Part shown: in pieces, positions 17,764 to 26,662 of the stretch | How the letters are laid out: the number at the start of each line of letters is the position of its first letter | How positions within the stretch are numbered: the first letter of the stretch is position 1 | NCBI GenBank assembly: GCA_963801275.1 | Contig: CAWDEF010000001.1 | Span: 4,015,481 to 4,079,480, forward strand | Reading direction: 5' to 3' | Length of the DNA stretch: 64,000 bases | From: an uncultured Acidobacteriota bacterium | Lineage (GTDB): Bacteria > Acidobacteriota > Thermoanaerobaculia > UBA5066 > Gp7-AA6 | Translations under genes and position numbers: made by a program | The notes under the pieces: generated by a model | What the model was told of the DNA's origin: nothing | The model's input: only the letters and a program-made list of their open reading frames with translations | Databases searched by the model: none

Positions 17764-19509
17764 GTGAGCGGCATGCTCCCGCTCGGGGCGTTCGAGGAGG
17801 GTAAGACGTCCCGGGCGCTCTTTCCCCCGACGTACCGACTCGTCTTCTATTGCTTCGTGATCGGTCTGCTCGGAGCCGTGGCGGCGCTCGCCTTCGACGC
17901 CGCGGTCAATCTGGCGCAGTCGCTCATGCTCGAGCGGCTCGGCGGATTCGTCCCCCCCAGCCCCGGAGTCGTCTATTCGAGCCCCTACGCGCACGTCTGG
18001 ACGATTCACTGGTGGATCCCCCTTTCCACCACGCTGGGCGGTCTGCTTTCCGGAATCCTGGTCTACAGCCTGGCGCCCGAGGCGGAGGGGCACGGCACCG
18101 ACGCCGCGGTCGAGACCTACCACCAGAAAGGCGCCGAGGTACGACCGCGGATCCCCTTCATCAAGGGAGTCGCTTCGGCATTGACGATCGGCTCGGGAGG
18201 TGTCGCGGGCCGCGAAGGCCCGACCGCCCAGATCTCCGTCGGATTCGGGGCGATCCTCTCGGGATTCCTGGGCCTGCGCGGCCAGGAGCGCCGGATCCTG
18301 CTGCTGGCTTCCATGTCCGCCGGTCTCGCGGCGGTCTTCCGCGCGCCGCTCGGCATGGCCATCTTTTCCGTGGAGGTCCTCTACTCCGGGATGGTCTTCG
18401 AGTCCGAGGCGCTGATCTACACGGTCATCTCCGCCGTCACCGCCTACGCCATCCACGGGTTCTTCGTGGGGTGGTCGCCGATTTTCGTCATTCCTTCGGG
18501 AATGACCTTCCACAGCCCCGCGACGCTTCTCGGCTTCGGCATCCTGGGGGTTCTTTCCGGCGTGCTGGGTGCGGTTCTTCCCTCCATCTTCTACGGCATC
18601 CGCGACCTGTTCCGCCGCATTCCGATCCCGCGGCACTTCAAGCCGGCCATCGGCGGCCTGATGGTCGGTCTGATCGGATTGGTCGTGCCGGAGATCCTGG
18701 GAACCGGCTACGGCTGGGTGGAGCTGGCTGTCGCCGGCAAGCTTTCGATCGTCGTGCTCGTCGTCATCCTCGTGCTGAAGGCGCCGGCGATGGGACTGAC
18801 CATCGGTTCGGGGGGATCGGGAGGCGTCTTCGCGCCCACCGTGACCATGGGAGCGCTTCTCGGCGGAATCGTCGGGCTCTCGCTGGCTTCTTTCTCTCCG
18901 CGATTCGGGGTCGTTCCCGCAGCCTTCGTCGTGGTCGGCATGGCGTCCGTCTTTTCCGGGGCCGCACGCACGCCGATCTCGACGCTGATCATGGTGGCCG
19001 AGATGACGGGAGGGTACGGCCTGATCGTTCCCGCGATGCTGGCCAATATCTCGTCCTTCATCGTTCAGCGCTCGTTGACCCACGGACGCCGCTATCCCAC
19101 TCTCTACGAGGCGCAGGTGCCGACCCGGGAGGACTCTCCGGCCCATCGCGGCGTCTTCGTCCGCCGGGCCCTCGAGATGATCGAGGGAGGCAAGGTGGAC
19201 ACGACCGAGCTGACCCTGCCCAGGCTGGTCAACCTCCTCCAGTTCGGGAGTCCCATTCGCGTGACCGACGCGGCAGGAATCCTCGTAGCCGTACGGATCG
19301 CGGGAGGCTCGCCGCTCGTCGGAAGGACGGTCGCGGAGGGGTTCGGATCCCTCCCGGGAACGATCGCGGTCGCCATCATCCGCGGGCAGGAGATGATCGT
19401 CCCCAACGGCGCCACGCCGCTTTCTGCCGGAGACCAGATCATCGCGATGGCGACTTCCGAAACCTATCCGACGTTGCGCGAAATGGCGGGCGAGACGCTC
19501 TCCCCGTAA
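17764..19509 (+). CDS. ClC family chloride channel / H+-Cl- antiporter with C-terminal TrkA-C (RCK_C) domain
   Basis: ClC selectivity motifs GSGGVAGREGP and GMAIFSVEVLY..., then a GxFxP-like region. The C-terminal about 70 aa is TrkA-C-like. Start is GTG 17764 or ATG 17773. Confidence 0.8.
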   Translation: MSGMLPLGAFEEGKTSRALFPPTYRLVFYCFVIGLLGAVAALAFDAAVNLAQSLMLERLGGFVPPSPGVVYSSPYAHVWTIHWWIPLSTTLGGLLSGILVYSLAPEAEGHGTDAAVETYHQKGAEVRPRIPFIKGVASALTIGSGGVAGREGPTAQISVGFGAILSGFLGLRGQERRILLLASMSAGLAAVFRAPLGMAIFSVEVLYSGMVFESEALIYTVISAVTAYAIHGFFVGWSPIFVIPSGMTFHSPATLLGFGILGVLSGVLGAVLPSIFYGIRDLFRRIPIPRHFKPAIGGLMVGLIGLVVPEILGTGYGWVELAVAGKLSIVVLVVILVLKAPAMGLTIGSGGSGGVFAPTVTMGALLGGIVGLSLASFSPRFGVVPAAFVVVGMASVFSGAARTPISTLIMVAEMTGGYGLIVPAMLANISSFIVQRSLTHGRRYPTLYEAQVPTREDSPAHRGVFVRRALEMIEGGKVDTTELTLPRLVNLLQFGSPIRVTDAAGILVAVRIAGGSPLVGRTVAEGFGSLPGTIAVAIIRGQEMIVPNGATPLSAGDQIIAMATSETYPTLREMAGETLSP

Positions 19510-19621
19510 GCGGCGGATGACGTCGCCATGCCGGAAGCGGACGTCCCGAAGGGGCACGGCTTGCTGGCGGCGCGGATGTCGCGGTTCCAGCCTTCCGTTT
19601 TCGGCGCAGCCGTCTTCCGGA

Positions 19622-20308
19622 CTACCCGGATCCCGTGCGGTCGCCGGTCTTCCCGTACAACCCGTTGGCCGAGACGCGGCGTCCGGTCTCGGTCTTCGGG
19701 CGCGCCGTGCGCGTCGGCTCGAGGGGGTGGAGCCCGAACCGCGCGAGCTCTTCGTCGAGCCTCGCCGCACTCACCAGGAAGTGTCGACCGCTGTCGAAGC
19801 CCTCGTAGAGGTCGGGCTCGCCCGGGACGGGACGCGTCCCGCGCCCGGTCAGGTCTGTCTCCGGTGTGAAGACCGAAACGAGCAGCTTTCCGCGTGGCTT
19901 GAGCACGCGCGCCGTCTCCGAGAGGGCGCGGTCCCATTCGGCGCGCCTCTGCGCGCAGTGATAGAGGCCCAGCGCGACGACGAGGTCGAAGCGGCGGTCG
20001 GCGGCGAAAGACAGATCGTCCATGCGGCCGACGCGCACGCGGGAGGCGGCCTCGGCACTTCCCAGGATCTCCGCGACGCGCTCGCGCGTCCTGGCGACCA
20101 TGGCGGGCGAGGCGTCGAGCGCCTCGAGGTCAAATCCTGCCCGGGCGAGCAAGACGGCATTGCGGCCGCCCGCGCAGCCGAGATCCAGCACTCGGACCGC
20201 GGCGTGATTTTCATGCTCGCGGACGAGGCTCGTCAGGCGCGCATCCGGTTCCCGCGCGGCGAAGCGCTCGACGTTTTCGGGGGAGTCCCAGAAGGATGGC
20301 ATCGGCAT
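19622..20308 (-). CDS. Class I SAM-dependent methyltransferase
   Basis: VLDLGCAGGRNAVLLARAGF matches motif I. 228 aa. Confidence 0.7.
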   Translation of the reverse strand: MPMPSFWDSPENVERFAAREPDARLTSLVREHENHAAVRVLDLGCAGGRNAVLLARAGFDLEALDASPAMVARTRERVAEILGSAEAASRVRVGRMDDLSFAADRRFDLVVALGLYHCAQRRAEWDRALSETARVLKPRGKLLVSVFTPETDLTGRGTRPVPGEPDLYEGFDSGRHFLVSAARLDEELARFGLHPLEPTRTARPKTETGRRVSANGLYGKTGDRTGSG

Positions 20309-20433
20309 TTGTCAAGAGTACCCAGTCCATCGCACGTTTTCGACCCCGCTCCGGCGAGCCCACGGACTTGCCGGTCGGAGAGCGGCCTCGACCGCCCGCA
20401 GTTACAGGATAGAGTGACTCTGGCGGCCAACCG

Positions 20434-20967
20434 ATGACGCTATCCGCCGGGACCCGGCTCGGCCCCTACGAGATCCTCTCGCCTCTGGGCGCAGGTGGGA
20501 TGGGGGAGGTCTACCGGGCGAAGGATACGACGCTCGGGCGGGACGCAGCGATCAAGGTTCTGCCGGACGGCGTGGCGCAGGACGCGGAGCGCCTGGCGCG
20601 GTCTGAGAGGGAGGCACGGGCGCTCGCCGCGCTCAATCACCCGGGGATCGTCACGATTTACTCGGTCGAGCAGTCGGGCGACGGCCTTCGCAAGGCCGGG
20701 CTCAATGTGCCCGAGCCGGTCCTCATGATCGGGTGCCCATCCCGCCGCGGACGGATGCGGCCGCGGTTTCCTGCGGTCGACGCACGAGCCCCGGGACCGG
20801 CCACCGGGCCTGTCTTGCACCGCCAGGTGGTTTCGTTTGCACCGCGGAATTTCCTAATATCGCAAAACGATGTAAACCGTGCGCAGACAAAGGGCGCTTC
20901 GTGTGCCTGCGCGCGCCGATGGGTTCGATGGTCCCGACCCCTGCGTGCGGTGCGATTCGGGACCTGA
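20434..20967 (+). pseudogene. Truncated Ser/Thr protein kinase (only the N-lobe remains)
   Basis: First about 85 aa are a classic Hanks-kinase N-lobe: [12 protein letters not shown] glycine loop, AIKVL lysine, [25 protein letters not shown]. After that the ORF reads as low-complexity non-kinase sequence up to the sod promoter region. Confidence 0.5.
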
Positions 20968-20981
20968 AAGAAGGAGGAATC

Positions 20982-21611
20982 ATGGCCCTGTACACTCTGC
21001 CGGACCTTCGCTACGACTTTGGCGCCCTCGAGCCCCACATCTCGGGAAAGATCATGGAGCTCCATCACTCCAAGCACCACGCCGGCTACGTTCAGGGGGC
21101 CAACACCACGATCGAGAAGCTGGAGGAGGCGCGCGAAAAGGACGATTTCACGCGCCTGGCGGCGCTCGAAAAGACCCTCGCCTTCAACCTCTCGGGCCAC
21201 GTCTTGCACTCCCTCTTCTGGCAGAACCTGACGCCCAAGGGAAACGGCCGACCGACGGGAGAGCTGGCAGCGGCCATCCAGAACGACTTCGGGAGCTTCG
21301 AGAAGTTTCGCAAGCAGCTCACCGCCGTCGCCTCGACGATCATGGGCTCGGGTTGGGCGGCGCTCGTATGGGAGCCGATCGGCCATCGGCTCCTGACGAC
21401 GCAGATCTACGACCACCAGTCCAACCTGGCGCAGGCGGGGATCCCGCTGCTCGTTCTGGACGCCTGGGAGCACGCCTTCTACCTTCAGTACCAGAACCGA
21501 AAAGTCGAGTTCTTCGAGGCGGTCTGGAACTGCTGGAATTGGGCCGACGTCGCCGATCGCTATGGGGCCGCGCGGCACGTCGACGTGGGGCTGGTGGGCG
21601 CGGCCCGCTAG
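20982..21611 (+). CDS. sodA: Fe/Mn superoxide dismutase
   Basis: RBS GAAGGAGG. The [15 protein letters not shown] and WNVVNW-like signatures are present. Confidence 0.9.
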   Translation: MALYTLPDLRYDFGALEPHISGKIMELHHSKHHAGYVQGANTTIEKLEEAREKDDFTRLAALEKTLAFNLSGHVLHSLFWQNLTPKGNGRPTGELAAAIQNDFGSFEKFRKQLTAVASTIMGSGWAALVWEPIGHRLLTTQIYDHQSNLAQAGIPLLVLDAWEHAFYLQYQNRKVEFFEAVWNCWNWADVADRYGAARHVDVGLVGAAR

Positions 21612-21759
21612 CAACGCGGGACGTGAAGGTCTGTGCGACGGCGCCGGGTCGTGCCACTCTGGGCGGTCCGCGGCGCCGGCGCGCGGACCGGCCCGGAAAT
21701 CGGGTTTCGCCCCTAGGTGTGAATTCTCAAGACGTTGTTCACCCTCACCGCCCCCTCTG

Positions 21760-21935
21760 AAGAGTCCCCGGGCTCAGAATTCCCCTCTCCCCCCGGTTGG
21801 GGGGAGAGGTCAGGGTGAGGGGGGCAGCCCGCCCCGATCATTCCGGACGCCGCAGCCGCGGCAGGAGCGCCCCTCACCCCAACCCTCTCCCGCCGGGAGA
21901 GGGGGTCCGCATGACCCGCCCTGGCTGTGAACAAC
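21760..21935. repeat. REP-like GC-rich palindromic element(s) between convergent sod and MATE genes
   Basis: Two imperfect inverted copies of ...CCCCTCTCCCCCCGGTTGGGGGGAGAGGTCAGGGTGAGGGG... and ...CCCCTCACCCCAACCCTCTCCCGCCGGGAGAGGGGG.... They give spurious ORFs encoding PLPPGEGWGEG-like peptides. Confidence 0.5.
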
Positions 21936-21952
21936 GTGTTGAGAAACGACAC

Positions 21953-23350
21953 CTAGGATCCCCTCGGGCCGATGTCGACGGCGATCCGCTCCCACCTGCC
22001 CTGCCGGAAGCGGGCGACGGAGAGGATGGCACGGGTGGCGTGCCCGATCACGATCGCGAGCCAGATGTCCGCCGCCTGCAGGCCTCGTGTTGCCTGAAAG
22101 AAGGTGCACAAACCGAGCGGCACGACGATCTGGGAGACGATCGAGATGTAAAGGGGGCTGCGCGTGTCGCCGGTTCCCTGGAGACCCCCGGTGTAGGTCA
22201 AGGCCACGGTCACGAAGAGGCCGGAGACGGAAAGGAACCGCAGGAGCTGCTGGCCGAGCGTGGTGACGACTGGTTCCTTCATCCCGAAGAGGCCGAGCAG
22301 AAAGCCGGGAACGGTCAGGAACGATAGGCCGATGGCGGCAGCGAGGCCGAGCCCGATGCGGGACGTCACGACGACGCCGTGCCTGGCTCTCTCCGGGTTG
22401 CCCGCGCCGAGGTTCTGACCCGCGATCGTTGCGGCGGCCCCCATCAGACCCACGGAGGTCCAGGTAATGAGCGAGAAGAGCTCCGTGTAACCGACCGCGT
22501 AGGCTGCCTGCGCCGCGGCGCTCTGGGGAAGAGAGCCGATGAAGCGCAGGAGCAGAACGCCCGCGATGTTCATCGCGATCCCCTGGACTCCGGTCGGAAG
22601 CCCGAATCGGAAGAGCGATCGGATGATGCCGAAGTCGGGCTTCAGATCCATCCCGCGGTGAAAGTGGATGACCGAGTCGGGAGCCATGAATCTCCAGATC
22701 CCGAGCGCCGCAACGAGTGTGCTGCTCGCGACCGTGCCGAGCGCAGCGCCGAAGGTTCCGAGACGCGGGATCAGGAGCACGTTGAGCACGACGGTGAGGG
22801 CGGTCATCGCTACGCCCAGACGCAGCGGCGTGCGAGGATCGCCCGCGGCGCGGAAGGCCCCACTCAAAAGGAAGAACAGCATCATGCCCAGGATGCCGAG
22901 AAACATCGTGCGCAGAAAGGGGAGCGCCTCGCGCTGCACTTCCGGAGCGGCGTGCACGAGATCGAGCAGCGGCGGCGCCGCGAAATAGCCGGCGACCGCC
23001 ATCAGAGCAGCCATGCCGACGGCCGTCAGGAGCGCCTGGTAGACGACGCGGTTGACCTTCTCGGGTTGGTCCGCGCCCGCGAATCGTGCCACCAGGACGG
23101 CCATCCCCGTGAAGAGCGAGCTGATGAAGACGATGACCACGATGATGATTTGCCAGCTCACCCCGATGGCGGCGTTTGCCGTGTAGCCGACGTAGTGGCC
23201 CACCATCGCGTGATCGACGATGCCCTGCAGGCCCGCGATGATGTTCTGCAGCATCGTGGGCCAGGCGAGATGCCAGACGGCGGGCCCGATCGGGCCCTCA
23301 ACGATGGAACGGTCGAATCTCTGCACTGGAATCCGCTCGGCCCGGGCCAT
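21953..23350 (-). CDS. MATE family efflux transporter
   Basis: 465 aa, 12 TM helices, MATE-like N-terminus (...WPTMLQNIIAGLQGIVDHAMVG...). Confidence 0.8.
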   Translation of the reverse strand: MARAERIPVQRFDRSIVEGPIGPAVWHLAWPTMLQNIIAGLQGIVDHAMVGHYVGYTANAAIGVSWQIIIVVIVFISSLFTGMAVLVARFAGADQPEKVNRVVYQALLTAVGMAALMAVAGYFAAPPLLDLVHAAPEVQREALPFLRTMFLGILGMMLFFLLSGAFRAAGDPRTPLRLGVAMTALTVVLNVLLIPRLGTFGAALGTVASSTLVAALGIWRFMAPDSVIHFHRGMDLKPDFGIIRSLFRFGLPTGVQGIAMNIAGVLLLRFIGSLPQSAAAQAAYAVGYTELFSLITWTSVGLMGAAATIAGQNLGAGNPERARHGVVVTSRIGLGLAAAIGLSFLTVPGFLLGLFGMKEPVVTTLGQQLLRFLSVSGLFVTVALTYTGGLQGTGDTRSPLYISIVSQIVVPLGLCTFFQATRGLQAADIWLAIVIGHATRAILSVARFRQGRWERIAVDIGPRGS

Positions 23351-23736
23351 GGCTCTCCTCGGATTCTCTAGCGGGTGGCCCGGCCCGGGGCCGATGCGCG
23401 AAGCGCGGTCTCGGTCCCGTCGCCGCCCGCGGCGCGCAGATCTTCGCGGCGTCCCGCGGTGTGCCCCTCGACTGAGGGTCGGTGCCCATGCTCTCGCATC
23501 TTCGCGCTCGGAAGGAGGCTATCGCGAGTGGCGCGTGCGCAGGGTCTGGAAAAGCGCGCGAGTTTCGAGTGGGGCGCCCGTCGGGGACAGGGGAGCGGCG
23601 CAGGGCCCGGGGCGTGGCGGCAGCATCGGCGGCGCGGTCGACCTCCTTGCGTCGAACGGCTTCCCGGTCGAATTCGGGCGGAACGGGGCACGCCGACGGC
23701 GGGTGTCGTGAGCAGAGCCGGAGCCGTGGCTGGTTA

Positions 23737-23751
23737 TATCGCAGTACGATA
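23737..23751. promoter_or_regulatory. Inverted repeat TATCG-N5-CGATA in an AT-rich patch 13 bp upstream of the marR start (candidate MarR operator)
   Basis: tatcgcagtacgata is seen directly. It lies in the divergent MATE/MarR intergenic region. Confidence 0.35.
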
Positions 23752-23763
23752 GGATAACAGGAA

Positions 23764-24237
23764 ATGAGGAAATCGCACTCGCCGACGGCCCGGCGTTCGG
23801 CCGCCGGAAGGCGCGCGCGACTGCCACCGCGGCGCTCCCGGTCCTCGAATCCGAGCGAGTCTGACTATTGGCGCCTGACGGAATTCCGTTACGCCTTGCG
23901 ACGCTTCCTCCACTTTTCCGAGGAAGCGGCCCGGCAGGCCGGAATCTCGCCCAACCAGTACCAGCTTCTGTTGTTCATCCGCGGTTTTCCGGGTCCCCCG
24001 CCGACGATCGCGGACCTTTCGGAGCGGCTGCAGGTCGAGCACCAGAGCGCCGTGGGGCTCGTGGACCGGTCGGTTGCCGCGGGCCTCGTTCGCCGCCGCG
24101 CGGACGCGCAGGACCGGCGCCGCGTTCGAGTTCTGCTCGAGCCCCGGGGGGCGAGGCTGCTGGCCCGGTTGGTGTCGGCGCACTCGCCCCAGTTCCGTCG
24201 ACTGGCGTCGGCGCTCTGGCGAGCCACGCCCTCGTGA
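23764..24237 (+). CDS. MarR family transcriptional regulator
   Basis: 157 aa with a winged-HTH core (ISPNQYQLLLFI..., TIADLSERLQVEHQSAVGLVDRSVAAGLVRRR...DRR). Confidence 0.7.
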   Translation: MRKSHSPTARRSAAGRRARLPPRRSRSSNPSESDYWRLTEFRYALRRFLHFSEEAARQAGISPNQYQLLLFIRGFPGPPPTIADLSERLQVEHQSAVGLVDRSVAAGLVRRRADAQDRRRVRVLLEPRGARLLARLVSAHSPQFRRLASALWRATPS

Positions 24238-24840
24238 GCGGAGGAGAGCTCCCGCCCTACGGGCCCGGTCACGCTCGCCTTCGGTGGATCGGTCGGCAAG
24301 GAGGGTCCGTGCGCCCAGATCGGCGCCGCGATCACGAGCTTCTTCGCCGACCGCCTTCGGCTCAACGACGAAGACCGCCGCCGGCTCGTCATCTGCGGAA
24401 TCGGCGCCGGATTCGCTTCGGTTTTCGGGACGCCGATCTCGGGCGCGTTGTTCGGAATCGAGGTGCTCTACCTGGGTCGGATCGAATACTCGGTGCTCTT
24501 TCCATGTCTGGTGGCCGGCATCGTCGGCCACCTCGTCTGCGGCGTCGGTCCTCCGGTGACGGCGCTCCACGAGAGCTTCGGTGCCCTGGGGCAATCGACG
24601 ATCGTCGGGCTCTCGATCGCTTTCGGCGCGGTCTTCGGACTGATGGCCTTGCTGCTGATCGAGGCGATGCGCGGGACCGAGAAGCTCGTGAGGCGGTTCG
24701 AAACGCACCCGTATGCGGTCGCCGCGGTGGGCGGTGCCGCCCTGGCCGCCTTCTACGCGGTGGCGGGCGACCTCTACGCGGGTCTCGGCTCGGTGACGAT
24801 CGAAGCGGCCCTCGTCGGCGCTGCGCGAAATGACCGTCGT
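24238..24840 (+). pseudogene. ClC chloride-channel internal fragment (helix D to about J), in frame immediately after the marR stop
   Basis: Reads GSVGKEGPCAQIGAAITSFF...GTPISGALFGIEVLY... with no N-terminal helices and no start codon. It ends in nonsense after ...IEAALVG. Confidence 0.5.
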
Positions 24841-25223
24841 CGTCTTTTCTCTTCAAGATCATCGCGACCGCGGTCCGCTTTCTGGCGGAGCAGAAGGCGG
24901 AGACCGCCTACTTCAACATCCTCGTGCCGCTGCGCGGTACGTCGTTGCACGATCGATTGAAGGCCGAGGGGCGCCTGCTCGACGAGGAAAACATGGAAAG
25001 ATGGCCCGGCCTCTCGTGCCACTTCAAGCCCCTGCGCTACGAGCCCGAGGAGCTGGTGCGCCGAGTGGCCGGGATCCGCCGGCACTTCTACACGTTCCGC
25101 TCCGCGGTGCGGCGGCTGCCGGTACCCCGCCGGGAGTCGCATTTCGCCGCCTGGAATCTTCATTTCCTGCAGAACAAGGTCGCGCGAAACCTCGACTCGA
25201 TGCGTGATTTCACGGAGTTCTAG
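24840..25223 (+). pseudogene. C-terminal fragment of a B12-binding radical SAM / DUF4070-type protein
   Basis: Frame 0 reads ...AVRFLAEQKAETAYFNILVPLRGTSLHDRLKAEGRLLDEE...LPVPRRESHFAAWNLHFL.... No radical-SAM core is upstream. Confidence 0.4.
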
Positions 25224-25346
25224 GACGGCGCATTCGAACAGGCGGGGTCTTTTCGCAAGCGGTCCTCAAGGCCCTTTGCCGCGCCGTTTTCTCTCGTCCG
25301 GCTCTGGCGTGAAGTTTGCTTCAATCGAACAAGGGAGGGTATTTTC

Positions 25347-26150
25347 GTGGAACCGGTGGTCGGAATTTTTCCCTCGCGCGCAGCCGCTGCCCAGGCGGGC
25401 GAAAAGCTTCGGAGCGACGGCTTTCCGGAGGACCGCGTTCAACTCCTGCTGCTCATCGAGGGCGGCTCCGAGAAGGGATTGCCCCCCATGGAGGACGCCG
25501 AGCCGCCGGGCGTGGGCACGGCGCTCGGAGGCGTGGTCGGAGCGGCGACGGGAGCTTCGGCGGGATTCGGCCTGGGAGCATTGACGGCGAGCTTTCTGAT
25601 TCCCGGTATCGGAACCATCGCGGCCGTGGGACTCTGGGCCGCGGCGGTCTTTGGAGTGGCCGGGGCAATCGGAGGCGCCGCCGCGGGCGCGGCGGCGGAG
25701 GGCGCTACGCGATCCGGTGTCCCCAGGGACGAGCTATACCTCTACGAGGATGCTCTCGCACGCGGAAAAGGAGTCGTTTTCGTTCTCGTCCAAAACGACG
25801 TTGAGGCGGCACGGGCGAGGCAGATGCTGGAAGCCGCTGACGCCGAAAGCCTCGATGCCGCGCGGAAGCAATGGTGGGTCGGAATCGAGGAGCTCGAGAA
25901 GGCGAGTGCCCACGGCCACCGTTGGGGAACCGAGGGGCCCGCGCATGCAATCTATCGGCGAGGATTTGTCGCCGCGTCGGCGAGCCCTGATGCGCCCTAC
26001 GAGACCGTGGTGGCCGGGCTCGGGAAGCAGTTGGGGGATGTCGTGCATCAACCGGCATTCCGTCGGGGCTACGAGCGCGGAGCTGCCGCCGCTCGCGGGC
26101 GCGTCCAGCAGGCAGGGACGGGAGTCGGTGCCTCTCGGAGAGCGAAGTGA
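25347..26150 (+). CDS. Glycine-zipper membrane protein (general-stress-protein-17M-like N-terminus)
   Basis: N-terminus VGIFPSRAAAAQAGEKLRSDGFPEDRVQLL, then a GxxxG-rich TM segment and a low-complexity tail. Confidence 0.4.
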   Translation: MEPVVGIFPSRAAAAQAGEKLRSDGFPEDRVQLLLLIEGGSEKGLPPMEDAEPPGVGTALGGVVGAATGASAGFGLGALTASFLIPGIGTIAAVGLWAAAVFGVAGAIGGAAAGAAAEGATRSGVPRDELYLYEDALARGKGVVFVLVQNDVEAARARQMLEAADAESLDAARKQWWVGIEELEKASAHGHRWGTEGPAHAIYRRGFVAASASPDAPYETVVAGLGKQLGDVVHQPAFRRGYERGAAAARGRVQQAGTGVGASRRAK

Positions 26151-26500
26151 AGCTTTCCAGACACGGTGAAGCGGCCTACGGGTTCACGCGATTTGTCGCG
26201 GGCCTGCTGTTTGTCTGCAATGGAGCCCGGAAGCTGTTCGGTGCCTTCGGAACGCAGGTCGCGGTCGGCCAGCCCCGGATGCTTCTTGCCGGCACTCGAG
26301 CTCCTGCGGCCTGATGATTTCCCGGCGGGCTCTTCACGCGTCGGGCCGCGCCTGTCGCGTCGGGTGAGATGGGAGCCGCGGACTTTCTTTCTGGTTCATG
26401 CGCCTATCGGCTTCTGGCCGATCCAGAACAAGGGTGAGCTCGCTGCCCTCCATTGCTTCTTGTTCCTGAGGGTGGCCGCAATCGGCAGCGGCCGCTACGG
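26146..26500 (+). pseudogene. Possible DoxX-family remnant disrupted by frameshifts
   Basis: DoxX-like pieces appear in two frames: AAYGFTRFVAGLLFVCNGARKLFGAFG and VHAPIGFWPIQNKGELAAL. Confidence 0.25.
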
Positions 26501-26662
26501 GCCGGATGGGCTCCGGAGGAGGCCCACCGGTCGGTCGCCGGAGTCGACCGCCAGTACTTCCTGGAGCCGCGGCGGGACGACCCGGGACCGGACAGGATCC
26601 GACTCTCGCCGAATATGACCTGCGTCATGGGCGCGGGGGGGAGCTCGCGCCATTCTCCGGCC

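Noticed and set aside
17719-19770. 683-aa minus-strand ORF antisense to the ClC gene
   Set aside because: Low-complexity Arg/Asp/Gly-rich sequence. The ClC signature motifs lie on the plus strand.
21562-22109. Short ORFs encoding PLPPGEGWGEG-like peptides
   Set aside because: They are artefacts of the REP-like palindromic repeat, not genes.
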